Assembly (NCBI GenBank): GCA_963707955.1
Contig: OY970176.1
Span: 2,016,001 to 2,080,000 of the forward strand
DNA length: 64,000 bases
Direction of reading: 5' to 3'
Origin: Candidatus Bathyarchaeota archaeon
GTDB lineage: Archaea > Thermoproteota > Bathyarchaeia > Bathyarchaeales > Bathycorpusculaceae
Below, piece after piece: positions 59,487-64,000 of this stretch. The notes under the pieces were generated by a model. The model saw only the letters and a list, made by a program, of their open reading frames with translations. It had not been told where the DNA came from and searched no databases. The position numbers were made by a program, and so were the translations under genes. Numbering within the stretch: position 1 is the first letter of the stretch; the number at the start of each line of letters is the position of its first letter.

Positions 59487-60920
59487 ATGCGAAGACACGA
59501 GTTCTTCCACATCAGAAAGTTCCGCAGAACTTACGACCGGGCCCGGAACACGTTTTCCTTCAACATTTCGTATAACACAGCGGTAGCCTTAACGCCCAGA
59601 ACCACGTCTGTCGCTGAAGCGTTTGGACTCGGCGTTGACGAGGAGCACACGTTCACCGTCCTGGATGCCGAGATGAAAATAAACCCCGCAGACATCGTGT
59701 ACATAACAGGCGACTCTGGCAGCGGAAAGAGCGTCCTATTGCGAGCCATTAAGAAGGACCTCGGAGACATTGCAGTCGACGTCGCGGACATCCAGGTCCG
59801 TCGAGATAAGCCGCTGATCGAGACAGTTGGTAAGACGGTTGAAGAGGGTCTTGAGCTGCTGGCTAAGGTGGGCCTGGGCGACGCTTTCCTTTTTCTTCGG
59901 TCCTACGACCAGCTCAGCGACGGGCAAAAGTACAGGTATCGCCTGGCCAAGCTTGTTGAAAGCGATAAGCAGTGGTGGATCCTCGACGAGTTTGCGGCTA
60001 CCTTGGACCGAGACACGGCGAAGATCGTGGCTTTCAACCTTCAGAAACTTGCACGCCAACAGGGCAAAGCAGTGTTAGCAGCGACTACACACATGGACCT
60101 GTTTGAAGACTTGCATCCAAGCGTCCACGTTCACAAAAGGTTTGGGAAAGAGATCACCATCAAATACTTCCCAAACGGCCCTGCCACAGAGTGCACTTTG
60201 GTCAAGGAAATGCGCGTTGAAGAGGGTTCTACGGAAGATTGGCGGGCCTTGGCAGGCTTTCACTACCGAAGTCACAGAATAAGCGCGCCGCGCAAGATTT
60301 TCTGTTTGAAGCGTGGCGATGAGCTCTGCGGGGTGATCGTTTACTGTTATCCGCCTTCTGCAAGCTTTGGGCGAAGGATTGTCCTTTCAAGAATGAGCAT
60401 GCGGGAACTGAATGAGAAGCTGAGTGTCATCAGCAGGGTTGTTGTCCATCCAAAGTATAGAACGGTCGGCTTAGGTGTTAAGCTTGTAAGGGAGACGTTA
60501 GCCCTTGCTGGAACAGACTATGTTGAAATGTCAGCCGTCATGGCAAAGTATAACCCGTTTGCGGAAAAGGCCGGAATGAAGAGAATAGTGGAACAACACC
60601 CGCCAAAAGAAGCTGAAAAGATCATGGATGTTCTTGAAGGCCTCGGGTTTAACACTCAACTGCTCGGCAGCACAAACCACGTGTTGAAGACGCTTCAAGC
60701 GCTCAACGAAGAGGGCGTAGCGAAAATAAGAGAAACCTTAGCCACGCAGCGGCATCCACGCTTTCTGAAGAGTTTCTCTAATGACCTTCCTTTTGGCACG
60801 AGAGATGCTTATCAGAAGGAAATAGCGAACGCAAGCCTGGAGAAGCTTGCAAGCCTGATCAAAATCTGCGGCTTTCTGATGCAGACGAAGGTCTATCTGT
60901 TCTGGCAAAAAGAAAAGTGA
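59487..60920 (+). CDS. ABC-type ATPase fused to a GNAT acetyltransferase
   Basis: GDSGSGKS, LSDGQKYR, DEF.A.LDR..A, TTH; then FHY, ISRVVVHPKYR..GLG, MAKYNPF.EKAGM. Confidence 0.88.
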   Translation: MRRHEFFHIRKFRRTYDRARNTFSFNISYNTAVALTPRTTSVAEAFGLGVDEEHTFTVLDAEMKINPADIVYITGDSGSGKSVLLRAIKKDLGDIAVDVADIQVRRDKPLIETVGKTVEEGLELLAKVGLGDAFLFLRSYDQLSDGQKYRYRLAKLVESDKQWWILDEFAATLDRDTAKIVAFNLQKLARQQGKAVLAATTHMDLFEDLHPSVHVHKRFGKEITIKYFPNGPATECTLVKEMRVEEGSTEDWRALAGFHYRSHRISAPRKIFCLKRGDELCGVIVYCYPPSASFGRRIVLSRMSMRELNEKLSVISRVVVHPKYRTVGLGVKLVRETLALAGTDYVEMSAVMAKYNPFAEKAGMKRIVEQHPPKEAEKIMDVLEGLGFNTQLLGSTNHVLKTLQALNEEGVAKIRETLATQRHPRFLKSFSNDLPFGTRDAYQKEIANASLEKLASLIKICGFLMQTKVYLFWQKEK

Positions 60921-60976
60921 AGAGCGCGCGCTTCCACTTTTACGTGCAAGAATAGACAAAGGGGGTTGTGCGGGAG

Positions 60977-61002
60977 AAAACCCCGCCAAATAGCGGGTTT
61001 TT
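60977..61002 (+). terminator. GC hairpin with T tail
   Basis: AAAACCCCGC-CAAATA-GCGGGTTTTT after the last operon gene. Confidence 0.4.
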
Positions 61003-61068
61003 GCAACATTACTGATATACCGAGTGAATTAAATTAATCAGTTGATTAAACGACAAAATCCCTCTTAC

Positions 61069-61284
61069 CTATTCCATCACAGGCTCCAAACTCTTAATCA
61101 TCATTAAGACTCCAAAAAAGCCAATTATCCCGCCCGCTATTATAAGCAATAAATCTAAGACTTCTTGTGTACCTTGGGACAGAACGCTTTTAGGGTTGAA
61201 CTGAACACTTGTTCCCATAAATAGCGCGCCAATGATTAGAAGAATCAGACCAACAAGAAAGACACCTTTTCTCATAAAATACAC
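61069..61284 (-). CDS. Small 2-TM membrane protein
   Basis: Two hydrophobic helices. Confidence 0.65.
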   Translation of the reverse strand: MYFMRKGVFLVGLILLIIGALFMGTSVQFNPKSVLSQGTQEVLDLLLIIAGGIIGFFGVLMMIKSLEPVME

Positions 61285-61766
61285 TTAGTTCGACTATTCT
61301 TGACGGGTTAATAAATTCTCTTCTTTTGATAGTTATTTTGATATTCTCGCATTTCTTTATATTCTTTGGTCATTTTCAATCACCAAAACAAAAAAAAAAA
61401 GAGAAATATGAGAAAGGAAAACTTGGACTTACGGTGGTGGTGGAGTTTGAGGTATTTTCTTTTCTAGCCTAACTATGAAACCGATTGCTCCCAGCACCCC
61501 GAAACCAAAACCCAAATAGAGGAACCCCATAGTGAAAAAAGCTTGCGTGCTAAGAAATGGGTTGTTTGCAGAAGGAATATTGCTTCTTTACAAACCAATC
61601 AAGACGATACCAATTACGAGCCAAACAACCACTACGACAAGAAGCCTGATGTGAATCCTTCATAGATTCAACCCATAGTTACTAGGGTTCAACCAACTTA
61701 TATTATTTTACCTCTCAAGAAATCTTAAATCTGCACAGCAACACAAGACAAACTAGAGGTTCGAAA

Positions 61767-62186
61767 ATGGACGACAGAATAATTAAGAAATATGTGAAAG
61801 ACTATGATGGATTGATTTCGGAACTAACGAACGCTCCTTTCGTGTGGCAACCTCAGTTCGAAATCGGAGAACAAGCCGTGGTTTTCTTGTTTGCGATGAT
61901 TTTCAAGTACCTGAAATTCAAGGATATCAGTATCGGACACTTGAAAGACCTAGAGAACAAATTAGATGCTACAGCACTATTAGAAGATGGTGAAGAATTG
62001 TGGGTGGATATCGAATTTGAGTCTCGGAGCAGTCATGCTAAGAACGACATAAGAAAGGTTAAGCCAGAAGAGTATTCGAAAACATTGATAGTATGCTGGG
62101 ATGACAATTGGAGAACTCGTCCTTCTGAAATAGATGTCTTTGACATAGAACCTTTGTGGAAAAAAGCCCAAGAGAAAGCAACTTAA
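61767..62186 (+). CDS. PD-(D/E)xK restriction-endonuclease-like protein
   Basis: EQ.VVFLF...LDA...IEFE..S...IVCW.D.W. Confidence 0.7.
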   Translation: MDDRIIKKYVKDYDGLISELTNAPFVWQPQFEIGEQAVVFLFAMIFKYLKFKDISIGHLKDLENKLDATALLEDGEELWVDIEFESRSSHAKNDIRKVKPEEYSKTLIVCWDDNWRTRPSEIDVFDIEPLWKKAQEKAT

Positions 62187-62257
62187 TAGAGGCTCTAGTC
62201 AAGCTGAAAGAGGAATCAGAGCGGAAAAAAGAGGGAAAAAGAGGCGATAACCGAAAC

Positions 62258-62494
62258 CTAGAGCAATGAACTGAAAAGCATTTCCGCCCTCATTTTATAG
62301 TAAGTTGCTTCTGTCAAAGCACCATTCTTGAGGGCGGTTTCCATAGCATTCAATTCTCTTCGAATAGCCCTTTCAATTTGGGCATTGAATTCTTTAGTCA
62401 TTCCACTAACCATATCATTTGTCTTTTTCTCAAGCTCTTGATTCAAGGTGAGGAACTTTGCAATAAGCGATTCTCTTGACACATTACCCCTCAT
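62258..62494 (-). CDS. Small helical hypothetical protein
   Basis: 78-aa ORF between two trailer repeats. Confidence 0.6.
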   Translation of the reverse strand: MRGNVSRESLIAKFLTLNQELEKKTNDMVSGMTKEFNAQIERAIRRELNAMETALKNGALTEATYYKMRAEMLFSSLL

Positions 62495-62668
62495 GTTGCT
62501 GTTTGTAAGATGAGAACTTAAAGAATTTGCGGTTTCGGCATAGAAGAGGCTCTAGTCAAGCTGAAGGAAAGCCACGAGCGGAAAACTTCGAGTTAATCAA
62601 CTGATTAAAAAGGCGTTATTCCGAGCGTCTTCATATATCGAAGTTAATCAGGAAAGGAAAAATTGACC

Positions 62669-63238
62669 TTAGACGAGTGGAACGGTTTTTATTTCTCTTG
62701 GGTCAAAAGGTTCTGGGATAGTCGAATAGAGTCTCTTGTCAAAACTAAAGTTGTTGTTTGCTTCGTGAAATTGAGCAATGATAACATTTCCTCTTATCGC
62801 CCATCTATTGCTTATGAATCTCTCTGTTTCTGTTCCAATCCCTTGTGTTGAAATAAGCATTCCATATTTAGCATTGAAAATATCTGCATACAATTTCGCT
62901 CTCGAAATACTTTGAATGCTGATTTTTTCATCTTTAACTTCAATGGTAATAAGTTCCTTTTGATACTGAGTTTTTTCTATAAACCCCATGAGGTCTGGAG
63001 AGAACTTTTCGACTCTTATGATGTGCAATATTTCGTTATCGAGCACTTCTTTCAGTTCTTCAGGAAAATGTCCGTTTGCAGTTATCTCTGAATGGACTTT
63101 ACCCGTAAATTGTGGTCCTATCCTTTCTCTCTGAGAATTCAGATATTCTTTAAGCTCTCTCTCCAAAGCATTCTTGATAGGGAGATAAAGCCGTTCTTCC
63201 CTATTCTCTCTCTTTTTTACTAAATCCATAGTTATCAC
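62669..63238 (-). CDS. PD-(D/E)xK nuclease-like protein
   Basis: E..LY.PI; PDLMG; IEVK; AKLY. Confidence 0.7.
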   Translation of the reverse strand: MITMDLVKKRENREERLYLPIKNALERELKEYLNSQRERIGPQFTGKVHSEITANGHFPEELKEVLDNEILHIIRVEKFSPDLMGFIEKTQYQKELITIEVKDEKISIQSISRAKLYADIFNAKYGMLISTQGIGTETERFISNRWAIRGNVIIAQFHEANNNFSFDKRLYSTIPEPFDPREIKTVPLV

Positions 63239-63309
63239 TATCCAATGATGTCAAATAAAAAGCTTTTATCCGAGTGGATAGCAAACGAAAACAAACTAGG
63301 GGTTCAAAA

Positions 63310-63861
63310 ATGAGTGAAGAGGACAGAAAAAGGCTTGACGACCTGTTCAATGTTGCTCTTGTGCTAATAACCGTATTAGGAGCGGCAGAATTCGGATTCG
63401 TTGCAGTCGTCTCGAACGACATAAGCACAACAAAGTATTTCTTCTGGATTTTCACGTATCCCATCGTTACACTTATCATGGCATGGATGTTGAAAGAATT
63501 CATTTCTGTTCATGTAGAAGTGCTTCAAGATACCTCTCACGTGCGAACTGCAAAATTAGTGGGTTGGTTTTACGGAGATGGAACTATACTTCTCACGGAA
63601 TTTTGCTGGTATTTTTGGGCGATTATACTCTATTATTTCCTAAATTTCTTTTTGGCTTTTGTGACGGGTAGTATTAATTGGCTCCTTGTAGGCTTGACAT
63701 TAATCGTTTGGGGGTGTCTAGTTTTCGAAATAAAATTTGCTTATGTGAGAGCACTTGAGAGAAGTCTTTATTCTAAACGCAAATCGTGGGGATATTTTAT
63801 AGTTCTATTATCTCTTTCAATGTCCATAATGTTTCTTTTCACGCGAATGCATTTCGCATAG
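63310..63861 (+). CDS. Multi-pass membrane protein
   Basis: About 5 TM helices; ATG follows the shared leader motif. Confidence 0.7.
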   Translation: MSEEDRKRLDDLFNVALVLITVLGAAEFGFVAVVSNDISTTKYFFWIFTYPIVTLIMAWMLKEFISVHVEVLQDTSHVRTAKLVGWFYGDGTILLTEFCWYFWAIILYYFLNFFLAFVTGSINWLLVGLTLIVWGCLVFEIKFAYVRALERSLYSKRKSWGYFIVLLSLSMSIMFLFTRMHFA

Positions 63862-63947
63862 CGGTCATGCTGAGTGATGAAGCTGAAAGAGGAATATGAG
63901 AAATCTTAAATCTGCACGGCAACAGAAGTCAAACTAGAGGTTCAAGA

Positions 63948-64000
63948 ATGCGTGGAAAAAAATTGGTAGATGTCTGTGTTGTGCATGATATTTGTACTGA
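63948..64000 (+). CDS. Partial ORF running off the window
   Basis: ATG at the end of the repeated leader; frame open to the window edge. Confidence 0.45.
   Translation, partial: MRGKKLVDVCVVHDICT

Larger units (their letters stand above)
38544..60920 (+). mobile_element. HK97-type head-tail (siphovirus-like) morphogenesis cluster; provirus remnant or GTA-like element
   Basis: Canonical order: terminase, portal, protease, capsid, neck, tail tube, chaperone, tape measure, fibres; no integrase or replication genes in the window. Confidence 0.9.
61718..63950. repeat. Repeated leader and trailer motifs around accessory genes
   Basis: 52-nt leader at 61718-61769 and 63899-63950 (5 mismatches), partial at 63291-63312; AGAGGCTCTAGTCAAGCTGAA at 62188 and 62545, partial at 63880. 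Confidence 0.85.

Noticed and set aside
61420-61665. Minus-strand hydrophobic reading frame
   Set aside because: Interrupted by a stop and frame changes; probably a decayed membrane-protein gene, too uncertain to call.

Overview
Archaeal chromosome segment, most likely Bathyarchaeia or a related TACK lineage. This is inferred from a Cren7-like gene, intron-containing tRNAs, XPB-Bax1, and dockerin/PEF-anchored surface proteins. 1-36 kb is host backbone (tRNA-Val, -Phe and -Gly, wHTH-Hsp20, XPB-Bax1, ABC exporter, hypA-Mrp, purE/purC/purP-like, kinase). It is interrupted at about 10.6-20 kb by an accessory island holding a decayed solo cas1, a 3.1-kb passenger-carrying IS6-like transposon with terminal inverted repeats and a 9-bp target duplication, a gene array punctuated by a 30-bp repeat, and cruciform-like palindromes. 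About 38.5-60.9 kb is a complete HK97-type head plus siphovirus-like tail operon running from terminase to tail fibres and ending in an ABC-ATPase/GNAT fusion. No integrase, polymerase, primase or helicase is visible for it in this window, so it is either a gene-transfer-agent-like element or a trimmed provirus. 61-64 kb is a second repeat-punctuated accessory array. (GC)4+ runs mark gene-truncation points and module borders. All product calls rest on motif recognition by eye; no searches were run.
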